IMG/VR virus record: IMGVR_UViG_3300031857_000009
Origin: a virus
Lineage: Duplodnaviria; Heunggongvirae; Uroviricota; Caudoviricetes
Strand: one strand, 5' to 3'
DNA: 64,000 nt
Shown: piece after piece, positions 47,882-58,423 of the stretch
Layout of the letters: every line of letters starts with the position of its first letter
Numbering within the stretch: position 1 is the first letter of the stretch
Made by a program: the position numbers and the translations under genes
Notes under the pieces: model-generated
The model's database searches: none
Told to the model about the DNA's origin: nothing
The model's input: only the letters and a program-made list of their open reading frames with translations

Positions 47882-48310
47882 TTAAGGGTTGACATCGTTT
47901 TGTTCAGAATCTCTTATGTCAATTAATTTTTGAATTCTACTCCTACCTTTTTCACCAATTGGTACCGGATTACCTTCTTCATCAATCCTAACAAACCTTA
48001 TGTTTGTTTTCAAGATGACAATTTGGTTACCTGTGTAAACATTATGTGCTCTTGCTTCCATATACAAGGTAACTGAAGTATTCCCTAATTTACTTGGTGA
48101 CCCGTAAATTTTAATCAACTGACCCTCTTTGGCTGGTTTTTCAAAAAAACATTTATCAATTGATACGGTAACTAATCTTGGTGAATCACACAATTGCATG
48201 GAGTATCCCGCAGCCGCCGCGTCAATCCACGCTAAAAGTTTTCCACCGAATAAATTTCCGTGGAATCCTAAATCCGACTTTTTTATGGGGTGTGAATTCA
48301 AAAATTCCAT
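47882..48310 (-). CDS. hotdog-fold acyl-CoA thioesterase (YciA/4HBT-like)
   Basis: GNLFGGKLLAWIDAAAA signature. Confidence 0.55.
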   Translation of the reverse strand: MEFLNSHPIKKSDLGFHGNLFGGKLLAWIDAAAAGYSMQLCDSPRLVTVSIDKCFFEKPAKEGQLIKIYGSPSKLGNTSVTLYMEARAHNVYTGNQIVILKTNIRFVRIDEEGNPVPIGEKGRSRIQKLIDIRDSEQNDVNP

Positions 48311-48658
48311 TACTCAAAAGTTATTTGTTCTCTAATAATGTATTCTTTTAATGCGTTTTCCGCTTCTATTTTAGTTGCAAAAACCCCAATAGTTTGGTCA
48401 AATTCTGTTGGGTCGGACACACCAAATTGTCCGTTTAATGTTTCATAAATGAACGTATCTAAAATTTGTTGACTTACCATAATTAATTTATATTTCTTGA
48501 TTTTTATTTGATTCCGATTCTTGATTTATTGATTCAGAATTTTTAGTCTCTTGCATTTTCTTAAATAAATTCATCAATGTGGACTCTTCTCTCTTTAATC
48601 TTTGATTACGAGCTTGAACTTTTTTTCTATGTTCTTTGTCTTTTTTTCCCATGGTATT

Positions 48659-49783
48659 TTATTCTTCTTCATCTTTTCGATAACTTTCCAAGAGTTCCTC
48701 CCCTGAAAGTGTACCGTATTTATTTACAATTTTTTCGGTGTCTATTTCAACATTCATCATGTGATGAACATTATTTAATTCTTCGGCTAATGATAAACTA
48801 TCACTAATCACTTTAACGATTTTATATGGGTCCGCGTGTGATGCTGGTCTCCTGTCTTCAAGATAACCCTTCCATGTCTCACCAACGGATTTTGGTACAC
48901 GGATAGATGCACCTCTGTCTGAGACACCCCAACTAAATTTATCAATAGATTGTGTCTCAAAATGACCTGTTAATCTCAAATGGTTATCAGAACCATAAGA
49001 GTCAATATGTTCTTGTGTTCTTGATTCAAAAGACCTAAAAATTGCATTGAAGTATTGTTCACCACCCTCTTCTCTCATTTTTTGATTTGAGAAATTTGTA
49101 TGTAAACCTGAACCGTTCCATTCTCCGTGGGTCATCGGTTTGGGATGTAACTCAATAGAACGACCATATTTCTCAGCAATTTTATGTAAAAAATATCTAC
49201 TCATCCATAAATCATCAGAAGCGGCAATTTTACCTGTTGCAAAAATTTGGTATTCCCATTGACCTAATGCAACCTCTGAATTGGTTCCCTCCACATTGAT
49301 GTCATATTTTAAACACATGTTCAAATGTTCATCAGAAATATTTCGACCAACAATATGTCCACCTACACCACAATAATAAATTCCTTGACCGTCAATGATA
49401 CCATTTCTTTCAAATCCAAGAATTGGATTATTATGTGAAGAACGAATAAAATATTCCTGTTCAAATCCAACCCAAAAATTTACATCTTCCTCACCTACTT
49501 TTGCTCTATGATTTGATGGATGAATTTCATTATTACCATCTAAAACCTCACATAATACATATACTGTATCAAGTGAACTATTTGTATGATATAATTTTAC
49601 TGGCTTAAGATAACAATCTGAAAAGTTACCTTCCGCTTGTTTAGTTGAGCTTCCGTCAAACCCCCAATTGGGGATGTGTTTCAATTCAAATGGTGCCGGT
49701 AGGTCCACAATTTTTATTTTACTTCTGAGATTTGGCTCAGGGGAATACCCATCAAGCCATACGTATTCTACTTTTGTTTTCAT
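48659..49783 (-). CDS. glnII: glutamine synthetase, type II (eukaryote-like GSII)
   Basis: VEYVWLDG beta-grasp start, NWGFDGSST, GFEQEYF, GIYYCGVG, NGSGLHTNFS, RLTGHFETQSI, SIRVP and LEDRRPAS are collinear with GSII over about 370 aa. Confidence 0.8.
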   Translation of the reverse strand: MKTKVEYVWLDGYSPEPNLRSKIKIVDLPAPFELKHIPNWGFDGSSTKQAEGNFSDCYLKPVKLYHTNSSLDTVYVLCEVLDGNNEIHPSNHRAKVGEEDVNFWVGFEQEYFIRSSHNNPILGFERNGIIDGQGIYYCGVGGHIVGRNISDEHLNMCLKYDINVEGTNSEVALGQWEYQIFATGKIAASDDLWMSRYFLHKIAEKYGRSIELHPKPMTHGEWNGSGLHTNFSNQKMREEGGEQYFNAIFRSFESRTQEHIDSYGSDNHLRLTGHFETQSIDKFSWGVSDRGASIRVPKSVGETWKGYLEDRRPASHADPYKIVKVISDSLSLAEELNNVHHMMNVEIDTEKIVNKYGTLSGEELLESYRKDEEE

Positions 49784-50099
49784 TTTTTATAATATATGTT
49801 TTTCTGTATCTGAATACCGACCATAAAAATTAAGAATCTCAAAGCCAAACCCCAGCTTGGTGAGGTTGCACCGGTTTCAAAAAACGTGTCTTTACGGTAG
49901 TAAAATATGGGAGTTGGTAAAAGAAACCAATGGTATTTCTTTCTTATTACAAAAAAATCCGTGATGTATTTCTTTTCTTTATTTGACATTTTTTTTCTTT
50001 TTTAAATAATCTAAAACTATATTGAATGAACCAAGAGAAATTATACCAAATCCAAAATATTTTTCAATCTCGGGATTACTGGTGTTCATTCCGTATTTT

Positions 50100-50345
50100 T
50101 CAATTATGATTCCCGTCAGAATCATCAGTACGTAAATTATTGTCCTTATATTCATATGTTTTTAAGTATTGAATTGTTTTATATAACGTGTGTGTTTCCC
50201 TCATGTTAAAAACACCGGAATAATGACCATGTTGTAAACCCATTTCAATAATTTGAATTGCCATCTGTGGGTTTAAATTATCTAAAACCATTTCCAATTC
50301 ATCATTATTGTCAAAATTTAATTGGTCGTTGAATAGTCCTTTCAT
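50100..50345 (-). CDS. hypothetical protein
   Basis: 81 aa ORF. Confidence 0.4.
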   Translation of the reverse strand: MKGLFNDQLNFDNNDELEMVLDNLNPQMAIQIIEMGLQHGHYSGVFNMRETHTLYKTIQYLKTYEYKDNNLRTDDSDGNHN

Positions 50346-50369
50346 GATATTAAAATATAGTAAACAAAT

Positions 50370-50765
50370 ATGATAAAGTCAAATATTTATAAAAATATGT
50401 CAGTGATTATTAATAATACAAAGTTCCCTGCGGAATACCTATCCGAACCTGAAGAAATTAGTCAAGGTATGATGGGTAGAGATAATTTAAATGGTTGTAT
50501 GGTTTTTAATATGGGTGGTGTTGGTCACCATTCTTTTTGGATGAAAAACTGTTTAATACCTTTGGATATTGTTTTTGTATTGAAAAATAGAATCAGTAAA
50601 ATACATAGAAATTGTGAACCCGCTGGTCAAAATGAATTGAACCCAAAAAGATACACCGGCATAGGTGACCATGTTATTGAGTTTCCCGCCGGTGTTACTG
50701 ATAAATTTAAAGAAGGTGACCGAGTTAATATGTATTTGGGAACACCTATGAATCCTGTCCGTTAA
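50370..50765 (+). CDS. DUF192-family protein
   Basis: QGMMGR...GCMVFNMG...HSFWMKNCLIPLDIVFV matches the DUF192 (COG1430) signature. Confidence 0.5.
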   Translation: MIKSNIYKNMSVIINNTKFPAEYLSEPEEISQGMMGRDNLNGCMVFNMGGVGHHSFWMKNCLIPLDIVFVLKNRISKIHRNCEPAGQNELNPKRYTGIGDHVIEFPAGVTDKFKEGDRVNMYLGTPMNPVR

Positions 50766-50767
50766 TT

Positions 50768-51615
50768 TTATTCTTCAAACATTACCAGTTGTTTCTTTTG
50801 GTTATCATAATCAATCAATCTCTGTTGAGATATCTTTGTGTAAGATTCTGATAACTCAAAACCAATATAATTTCTATTCAGCTTCTTAGCTGACAAAGCG
50901 GTGGTTCCACTTCCTGAAAAACAATCAACAATCAGGTCATTTTGATAGGAAAGTATTTTTATTGCTTTCATTGGGATGTCCATGGAGAATGTGGCTTTAG
51001 TTAAAGATTTTGTGTCGTTGAAGTATTTCCATTGACCAAAGACTAATTCCATGAATTCGTTTTTGTCTTTATCTGAATAAACCCTTTTGTTTTTAAAATT
51101 ACCTTCCTCGTTTTCGACCTCAATCTGATTATAAGACCATTGAGATATACCTTTTTCTTTCTTTTTGTAATCTTTCTTATATGCAAGAATTACACATTCT
51201 TTTGGATTGTATATGTATGGTGATGATGGTGACATCCAAGAACCCCAAGCGGTTGTTTTAGAACGGTGTGGAGAATCCTCCTCTAAGTCCACAACACCAA
51301 AGAATCCAAAACCAATCTCTTTCATCATCTGCCAATATTCAGATACTAAGAAAATTCTCCCACCTCTTTCTCTAACGTTTATTTCATATGGTATATTCAA
51401 GGCAATTCTACCATCATCTTTTAATGTACGGTAAACTTCGGATAACCATTTCTTACACCACTCAAAATACTCATCCATCGGAGCATCGTCTTTGTGCACA
51501 TCATAACTAATACCGACATTGTACGGTGGACTCGTAACAAAGAGGTCTACAGTACCGTCATTTAACTCCTTAAACAGTTCTAAGCAGTCACCCTGATAAA
51601 TTTTATTCATTTCCA
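50768..51615 (-). CDS. beta-class DNA methyltransferase (N4-cytosine or N6-adenine), SPPY motif
   Basis: Motif IV DLFVTSPPYN is N-terminal and motif I DCFSGSGTT is C-terminal. The track start is a TTG; the first ATG is at about 51615. Confidence 0.7.
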
Positions 51616-51703
51616 TTGACAAATTGTTTTCTATTTATTATTATTACAAAAGATAACGAATAAAAAACAATAAACCAAAATATTTATAAAAAAACTTAAA
51701 ATC

Positions 51704-51889
51704 ATGGGATGCGGATGTAAAAAAAGAAACCAACCTGTTAGTAATCAAACGGTAAACATTCAACTAACCGAAGGTGGTTCAACACCTCCACAGGAGATTA
51801 CAATTATGGAACAACAACTTGACCAAATCATAAAAAAGGTTGAGGAGATTAACAATCAAACTAACGAAGAAAACACAGAAGGACAATAA
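51704..51889 (+). CDS. small hypothetical protein
   Basis: 61 aa, the first gene of the plus block. Confidence 0.3.
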   Translation: MGCGCKKRNQPVSNQTVNIQLTEGGSTPPQEITIMEQQLDQIIKKVEEINNQTNEENTEGQ

Positions 51890-51896
51890 ATTGTAT

Positions 51897-51935
51897 CGGA
51901 CAGTCTAATAAATTGTCCGATATTTTTTGTCTTTT
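51897..51935 (+). terminator. rho-independent terminator
   Basis: TCGGACAGTCTAATAAATTGTCCGA followed by TATTTTTTGTCTTTT. Confidence 0.6.
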
Positions 51936-52166
51936 ATAATATATATAAATTTATATACTTATATTATGCCTAAACAACAAACAAAACTAACCAGCGTTAA
52001 CATCATAGATGATGTTTATAAAAGATTTAAGATAAAAAGTGTAGATGGTTCAATCAATCTACAAAAATTAGTAAACCGAGCTCTTGACCTATATAACACT
52101 AGAGAAGATTTTAGAAAACAAATTGATAATCACAACGGTCTTGCACCAAACGGTTCCAAATTTTAA
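51927..52166 (+). CDS. hypothetical protein
   Basis: 79 aa ORF. Confidence 0.4.
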   Translation: MSFIIYINLYTYIMPKQQTKLTSVNIIDDVYKRFKIKSVDGSINLQKLVNRALDLYNTREDFRKQIDNHNGLAPNGSKF

Positions 52167-52215
52167 GTTGTGAATTTTATTTCTTATATTATCATCAATA
52201 TTTTAAAACAAAAAA

Positions 52216-53673
52216 ATGATTACAATAGGTTACAGTACAAGAGAGTCCAACCCAAAATTTCAAGAATATTTAAAAAAAACTTGTGGACACCCCAAAGTTC
52301 AAGTTATTGAAAAAGTAAACAATGGTGAAAAAAGTCTTTCACAAACTTACAATGAAATTATTCAAGAGTCGATTCATGATATTGTCGTACTTTGTCATGA
52401 TGACATTTACTTTAATACGACTTCGTGGGGTAGAAAATTAGTCAAACATTTTGAAGAATCTGACTACGGGATTCTCGGTGTTGCCGGTACAACCAATATT
52501 CATGAGAGTGGTAGGTGGTGGACAGATAATACCAAAATGGTTGGTATTGTTAATCATGAAAATGAGGGTAAAAAATGGGAATCGAGATATGCAAATGGAA
52601 TCCCAAATTCAATTCACGAAGTTTGTTTAGTGGATGGTTTATTCATTGGAATCCACAAAAACAGAATAAAACACACTTTTGATGAGTCAGTACCGGGTTT
52701 TCATTTTTATGATATGGTATTCTGTACTAGCAATCACTTAAGTGAGGTAAACATCGGTGTTATATACAACATAAGAATCACTCACAAATCAATCGGAATG
52801 ACCAATGATTCTTGGGAAAAGAATAGGGAATTTTACATTGAAAAATTTAAAGAGAACCTACCAATTAATATAACACCAAAAATTGATTATGACATAACCA
52901 AACCAAAACAGTTTAAAGATAAATTTAATTTAATAGTTCAAACATCAAACGATAATGAAAATTTAATTCAGTTTTTTGAAAACATAAAAAAATTACCAGT
53001 GTTTGATAGTTTACAGATTTCACTCATCTCGACGGATACCAATATAGACAATATTAGAGAATTTGAATCTGAAAATATTAAAATTTACGAGGGTTTTTTT
53101 GATACATTAAATAAAAACTTATCAGTACTGAAATGGGATGAATCGTTTATGGAATCAAAAACAGATTTGTTATTTTTCAGTAATGATACTGTTACCGTAT
53201 TGAACGACGTTTTCTCAAGTATGTATTCAATATTTAAGAGTGAAAAAAATACTTTTGGGTGCGTCTTTCCTACAGTATTAGAAAACGACCGAACAATTTT
53301 TTCAAATGGATTGGATATAGTTCAAAACAACGAACAGTTCAATTTAATTTTTAAAAACAAATCATCTTTTTTCAATATTTTACACGGACACTTTCCAAAC
53401 AATTTTGGTAGTATTAGTGACTTTTTTGCCACTACATCTACAAATTTAAAAATGATTGATTGGTTTGATATTAATTTAGAAACATCAATTTATAACTTAG
53501 ATTTTGCGTTGAAAACTTTACTTAAAAAACGTAAAACATTCATTGACACAAACAGTGTGGTAATGATTGATATGGCATCAAAATTTGAAAAGGTTGATGT
53601 TGAATTAAAACAAGTCTTAGGTCAGTACATAAACTCACCTGAAATTAGAAAAAATATCAAACAATTAAGATGA
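52216..53673 (+). CDS. glycosyltransferase (GT-A/GT2-like N-terminal domain) with C-terminal extension
   Basis: IGYSTRESN...VVLCHDDIYF resembles the GT2 N-terminus. It is the first gene of an overlapping operon. Confidence 0.45.
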   Translation: MITIGYSTRESNPKFQEYLKKTCGHPKVQVIEKVNNGEKSLSQTYNEIIQESIHDIVVLCHDDIYFNTTSWGRKLVKHFEESDYGILGVAGTTNIHESGRWWTDNTKMVGIVNHENEGKKWESRYANGIPNSIHEVCLVDGLFIGIHKNRIKHTFDESVPGFHFYDMVFCTSNHLSEVNIGVIYNIRITHKSIGMTNDSWEKNREFYIEKFKENLPINITPKIDYDITKPKQFKDKFNLIVQTSNDNENLIQFFENIKKLPVFDSLQISLISTDTNIDNIREFESENIKIYEGFFDTLNKNLSVLKWDESFMESKTDLLFFSNDTVTVLNDVFSSMYSIFKSEKNTFGCVFPTVLENDRTIFSNGLDIVQNNEQFNLIFKNKSSFFNILHGHFPNNFGSISDFFATTSTNLKMIDWFDINLETSIYNLDFALKTLLKKRKTFIDTNSVVMIDMASKFEKVDVELKQVLGQYINSPEIRKNIKQLR

Positions 53674-54449
53674 TAAAAATTGTATCGGGATTTACAGAAA
53701 AAGGTGGTTCTACCACTTTTTTTATAAACTTAACAAATTTCTTAAATGAAAATGGTATTGATTGCACATTTTACGGTAATCAGAATTACCATTTAGACAA
53801 ATGTAAATCAGGGAACATTGAAAAAGATTTAAAGTATGAATCTGATGATATTGTAATTACCCATTTTTTACAACTACAGGAAAGACCACCTGTTAAAAAA
53901 GTTATTTTGTCTTGTCATGAAAAATGGTGGTTCCCTGTTGGTAAAATTAAACAGTATTGGGACCTGTGCGTGTTTTTACATGAAGAGCATCGAAAATATC
54001 ACTCGGATTACAGGGGTGATTATGTAATAATACCAAACATCAAAGAAAATTTAATTATTTCAAATAAAGAGCTGGTAAGAAATATTGCAGGAATTATTGG
54101 TACAATTGAAGACAGAAAACAGACCCATGTGTCAATACAAAGAGCATTAAAAGACAGGTGTGAAAAAATCTATTTGTTCGGTCACATCGGTGACCAAAAC
54201 TATTTTGACAAATTGGTAAAACCTTTAATGAATCCAAGAGTAATTCATTACGGTCACACCACCAATAAACAAGAAATGTACGATATGATTGGTAAGGTAT
54301 ATCACTCATCAAAGGGTGAGGTTGCTTGTTTGGTTAAAGATGAATGTTATTTAACCGGTACAGAGTTTTATGGTAATGAAGAGACTATGAATGAAGTTTC
54401 TAAATTAAGTAACGAAGAGATATTAACACTTTGGAAAAACATATTTTAA
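53670..54449 (+). CDS. putative GT-B glycosyltransferase
   Basis: C-terminal SSKGEVACLVKDECYLTGTE resembles the GT4 E-x7-E region. There is a 4-nt overlap with the upstream gene. Confidence 0.35.
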   Translation: MIKIVSGFTEKGGSTTFFINLTNFLNENGIDCTFYGNQNYHLDKCKSGNIEKDLKYESDDIVITHFLQLQERPPVKKVILSCHEKWWFPVGKIKQYWDLCVFLHEEHRKYHSDYRGDYVIIPNIKENLIISNKELVRNIAGIIGTIEDRKQTHVSIQRALKDRCEKIYLFGHIGDQNYFDKLVKPLMNPRVIHYGHTTNKQEMYDMIGKVYHSSKGEVACLVKDECYLTGTEFYGNEETMNEVSKLSNEEILTLWKNIF

Positions 54450-54450
54450 A

Positions 54451-55173
54451 ATGAAGATACACGCACATATACTGTCATGGAATGAAGAAAAAATATTACC
54501 ATTCACATTGGATTACTATAGTACAATCTGTGAAAAAATATTCATATACGATAATATGTCAACGGACTCCTCTGATGAGATTTATAAGAGGTACCCAAAA
54601 GTTGAGGTTATTAAATGGGATAGTGGTAATGAAATAAATGAAATTAATTACGTAAACATTAAATCCGAAGAGTATAAAAAAAGAAGTAGAGGTCAGGGTG
54701 TTGATTGGGTTATAGTTTGTGACTGTGATGAGTTTATATACCATGAAAATCTTATGGATAAACTTCAAGAGTACAAAGAAATGGGTATAACCGTCCCAAG
54801 AATAGACGGTCACGACATGGTTAGTACTGAATTTCCAATATACGACGGTGAATTCATTACAACAAAAATTAAAACAGGTTCACAAACGTATGAACCAATG
54901 TGTAAAAATATAATTTTTCATCCTGATTTAGATATAAAATACGGCATTGGTGGTCACAGTTTTAATTCTGTTGATGGTAAATTTTCGGATGAGCGGGAAA
55001 TAAAACTTCTTCACTATAAATTCTTGGGTAAAGACTACGTGAAGAACATTTACATTTCAAGAGCAAAGAGATTGTCATCGTTCAATAAACAACATAAATT
55101 CGGTGAACATTATTTTAATTTACCATTCAATTACATGGACAGCATGTTAAAAGAAAATTATCAAGTTATATGA
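54451..55173 (+). CDS. GT-A glycosyltransferase
   Basis: IFIYDNMSTDSSDEI and a CDCDE DxD motif. Confidence 0.5.
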   Translation: MKIHAHILSWNEEKILPFTLDYYSTICEKIFIYDNMSTDSSDEIYKRYPKVEVIKWDSGNEINEINYVNIKSEEYKKRSRGQGVDWVIVCDCDEFIYHENLMDKLQEYKEMGITVPRIDGHDMVSTEFPIYDGEFITTKIKTGSQTYEPMCKNIIFHPDLDIKYGIGGHSFNSVDGKFSDEREIKLLHYKFLGKDYVKNIYISRAKRLSSFNKQHKFGEHYFNLPFNYMDSMLKENYQVI

Positions 55174-55991
55174 GGAAAATACTTATATCGGATTTTACCA
55201 TTAAAGAAGTACCTCACGGTGGTTCTGAATGGGTGAATCAAGTTTTAATTGATAGATTTAATCTTGAGTTTGAATATTCAAACCAAGTCAAGTCATTTGA
55301 TTACAACGCCCTGTATATTATATCAAATATTTCTTTGATGAACCCAAACTTGGTTAATCAAATACAAAATTTGAACTACGTCATTATTGAAAACGATTAT
55401 AAAATATGTGCAAGTAGACACCCATGGAGATATACCGACAACATAATTCCGATTGAGGAAAGAACCAACTATTCTCTTTACCGGAATGCAAAAGCGGTAT
55501 TTGTTCAAACAACCGACCACATGAACGTTTATCTTAAAAACGATGTTGTTGCTAATTTTATAAATCTGAATAGTTCGATATGGTCAAATGAGGACTTAGA
55601 ATTATTGAGGAATTTAAATAAATCCAACAATGTTAAAAACGACAAATATTCTGTTTACTATACAAATAATTGGATAAAGAACACCCAAGGTAGTCTGAAG
55701 TATTGTTCTGAAAATAAATTACCGGTCCATATTCTTAAAGAATCTAAAGACAGAGTTGAATTTTTAAGTAATATGGCCAAATGTAAAGGTATTGTGTTTT
55801 TCCCGATAGCAAGAGAAACTTTTTGTAGACTGGTTGTTGAGGCAAAATGTTTAGGTTTGGAAGTAATAACGACACAAAATTATGGTGCAAGTTTAGAAGA
55901 ATGGTTTAATAGGTTATCAGGTGATGAATTAATTGATTTCTTAGAAACTAACACTTTAAAAAATTTAGAAATCATTTCAACTTATATATGA
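55170..55991 (+). CDS. GT-B glycosyltransferase (GT4-like)
   Basis: FFPIARETFCRLVVEAKCLGLEVITT matches the GT4 C-terminal signature. Confidence 0.5.
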   Translation: MRKILISDFTIKEVPHGGSEWVNQVLIDRFNLEFEYSNQVKSFDYNALYIISNISLMNPNLVNQIQNLNYVIIENDYKICASRHPWRYTDNIIPIEERTNYSLYRNAKAVFVQTTDHMNVYLKNDVVANFINLNSSIWSNEDLELLRNLNKSNNVKNDKYSVYYTNNWIKNTQGSLKYCSENKLPVHILKESKDRVEFLSNMAKCKGIVFFPIARETFCRLVVEAKCLGLEVITTQNYGASLEEWFNRLSGDELIDFLETNTLKNLEIISTYI

Positions 55992-56980
55992 TATTATTTT
56001 GTTACGGCACAAGACCTGAGTATATTAAAATAAAAAAATTAATAGAAATGTGTGGGGAAAGTATTCCCCATAAAATTTTATATGTTACCCAACACAAAGA
56101 TATTGTATTGGGTGATTTTGATTATAAATTATCCATTGATGATACGTGTGAAAATAGATTGGATAGTATTATGTCATCCGTATTTTTAAATTTTAAAAAA
56201 GAATTTTTGGAAGGGGTTACACATATACTTATCCAAGGGGACACCGCAACCGCTCTTTCATTATCCCTAATAGGATTACACCATAAAAAAGAAGTGATTC
56301 ATTTAGAAGCGGGATTACGGACATATGACTACAATCACCCTTACCCCGAAGAAATGTATCGGCAGTTAATTAGTAGAATTTCAAACTATAATCTTTGCCC
56401 AACAGAAAGTAACAAGATGAACTTAGAAAATGAAAAAGTTCAGGGTAAAAATTTTGTAGTTGGCAATACCGTATTAGATAATCTTAATAAAGAAAATATT
56501 ACATACGAAAATAAAGTCTTAATCACTTTACATAGAAGAGAGAATCATGAGATGATGTCGGAGTGGTTTGATGTTATCAATCGATTAGCAAAGAATAATC
56601 CTGAATTAAAATTCATTCTTCCAATACACCCAAACCCAAACGTCATAAAACACAAACATATATTGACACATGTTGATGTTATTGAACCATTAACCCATGA
56701 TAAATTTATTGAGGAATTCAAATCCTGTAAATTACTAATTTCAGATAGTGGGGGTGTTCAAGAAGAGGCGTCGTTCCTAAATAAGAAAGTTATTGTATGT
56801 AGAGAAAAAACTGAGAGACCTGAGTCCTTGGGTAAAACGTCTTTTATATGTAAAAAACCCATTGACTTAGAAGGTATTTTTTACGATATTATTAACGATT
56901 TCCAAACAGAATATGATTGTCCTTTTGGTGATGGTAATTCTTGTGAAAGAATCATTGAAATATTTAGAAAAATTGTATGA
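55988..56980 (+). CDS. wecB: UDP-N-acetylglucosamine 2-epimerase (non-hydrolysing)
   Basis: GTRPEYIKI, HLEAGLRTYD, PYPEEMYRQLISRIS, GNTVLD, LITLHRREN and DSGGVQEEA are collinear with WecB/MnaA. Confidence 0.8.
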   Translation: MILFCYGTRPEYIKIKKLIEMCGESIPHKILYVTQHKDIVLGDFDYKLSIDDTCENRLDSIMSSVFLNFKKEFLEGVTHILIQGDTATALSLSLIGLHHKKEVIHLEAGLRTYDYNHPYPEEMYRQLISRISNYNLCPTESNKMNLENEKVQGKNFVVGNTVLDNLNKENITYENKVLITLHRRENHEMMSEWFDVINRLAKNNPELKFILPIHPNPNVIKHKHILTHVDVIEPLTHDKFIEEFKSCKLLISDSGGVQEEASFLNKKVIVCREKTERPESLGKTSFICKKPIDLEGIFYDIINDFQTEYDCPFGDGNSCERIIEIFRKIV

Positions 56981-57705
56981 GTATAACGGTAATATTAAAT
57001 GGGTATAAAAGACCACATGTTCTCCAAAAACAATTGGAATCAATTAGAAATCAAAGTGTCCAACCCGAATCAATTTTATTTTGGCAAAATTCTGGTTCTC
57101 AATTTGATGAGGGACTAACCAAAGATTTAATTCACGCATCTTGTAATAGTAATTTAGGTGTGTGGGCAAGATTTGCATTTGCTTTAAATGCCAACACAGA
57201 ATATATTTGTGTTTTTGATGATGACACAATACCGGGTAAACTATGGTTAGAAAACTGTCTAAACACCATGAAAATTCAAGAAGGTTTATTAGGAACTATC
57301 GGTGTAAAATTTCACACAAAAAACTCTTATTGGCCAGCAACAAGAGTCGGTTGGGACCAACCTAACGAAGAAATTGAAAAGGTCGACATTGTTGGTCACT
57401 CGTGGTTCTTTAAAAGAGAATGGTTATCGATATTTTGGAGAGAATTACCTGAAATCAATCAGAGTAAATTAGTTGGTGAGGATATGCACTTTTCATATAC
57501 ATTACAGAAATACGCAAATATCGGAACTTACGTTCCTCCCCATCCTAAAGAAAATAGAGAAATGTGGGGTAGTATACCAGAATATGCATGGGAACATGGA
57601 ACTGATTCCAACGCAATTTCCGTAAATCATTCAAATATGAATTTAATGGGTGAAGTTTACCGTGGGTATGTAAATAAAGGATTTAAGACAATATTAAATG
57701 ATTGA
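56977..57705 (+). CDS. putative GT-A glycosyltransferase
   Basis: VILNGYKRPHVL...ICVFDDDTIP DxD motif. Confidence 0.4.
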   Translation: MSITVILNGYKRPHVLQKQLESIRNQSVQPESILFWQNSGSQFDEGLTKDLIHASCNSNLGVWARFAFALNANTEYICVFDDDTIPGKLWLENCLNTMKIQEGLLGTIGVKFHTKNSYWPATRVGWDQPNEEIEKVDIVGHSWFFKREWLSIFWRELPEINQSKLVGEDMHFSYTLQKYANIGTYVPPHPKENREMWGSIPEYAWEHGTDSNAISVNHSNMNLMGEVYRGYVNKGFKTILND

Positions 57706-58417
57706 AAAGTATATTGAAGATTTTAATTCGTTTTGGGAAAAGATAGATAGTCGAACTAACTTTTCTTTTGTTAGATATGCCGATGGTGAAGTGATGTTAA
57801 TGAATAATTCACCGATAGAAAAGAATACACAAGCGTATCAAAACGATAAATGGTTTTCGAGTGGGGGACAAACCAAATTAGGTGTGGATTTAAATGAATG
57901 TATAGGGTTGAACGACCCAAATTTTTATTTTGCAATATCCTCCAAAACTGATAGTATTAGAGACTATAATTTTTTATATGATAGAATACAAAATAAATCA
58001 AACATTACATTTGCTAACCTATGGATTAACGCAAATTACAAAGAAAATATATCAAGAATAAGAAATATAAATCGAGATGTTGTTTTAATTTGTAATGAAA
58101 ATTGTGATTTAAAAAACATACCATTTAGTGTATCAGAATTTGTACCGTTCCCTAATGATTGTGTAAACTATTGGGAAGAACATAGAGATTCGTTTTTAGA
58201 AAAAATATACAATGTTTCTTCAAAATATAAAGATACTTTATTTATCGTATGTTGTGGACCAACATCTGCTGTTATCATAAAACATATGTTTACAAATAAT
58301 AGTAATAACACTTATATTGATTTTGGTTCCGCATTAGATGTATTCATACATAATAAAATAACTAGACCATACATGTATGAAGGGTCACAATATCATAATC
58401 ACATATCAAAATTTTAA
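57698..58417 (+). CDS. hypothetical protein (glycan operon)
   Basis: 239 aa, overlaps its neighbours. Confidence 0.4.
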   Translation: MIEKYIEDFNSFWEKIDSRTNFSFVRYADGEVMLMNNSPIEKNTQAYQNDKWFSSGGQTKLGVDLNECIGLNDPNFYFAISSKTDSIRDYNFLYDRIQNKSNITFANLWINANYKENISRIRNINRDVVLICNENCDLKNIPFSVSEFVPFPNDCVNYWEEHRDSFLEKIYNVSSKYKDTLFIVCCGPTSAVIIKHMFTNNSNNTYIDFGSALDVFIHNKITRPYMYEGSQYHNHISKF

Positions 58418-58423
58418 TTCAGT

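Noticed and set aside
51207-51434. 75 aa plus-strand ORF inside the methyltransferase gene
   Set aside because: It is antisense to a motif-supported minus-strand gene.
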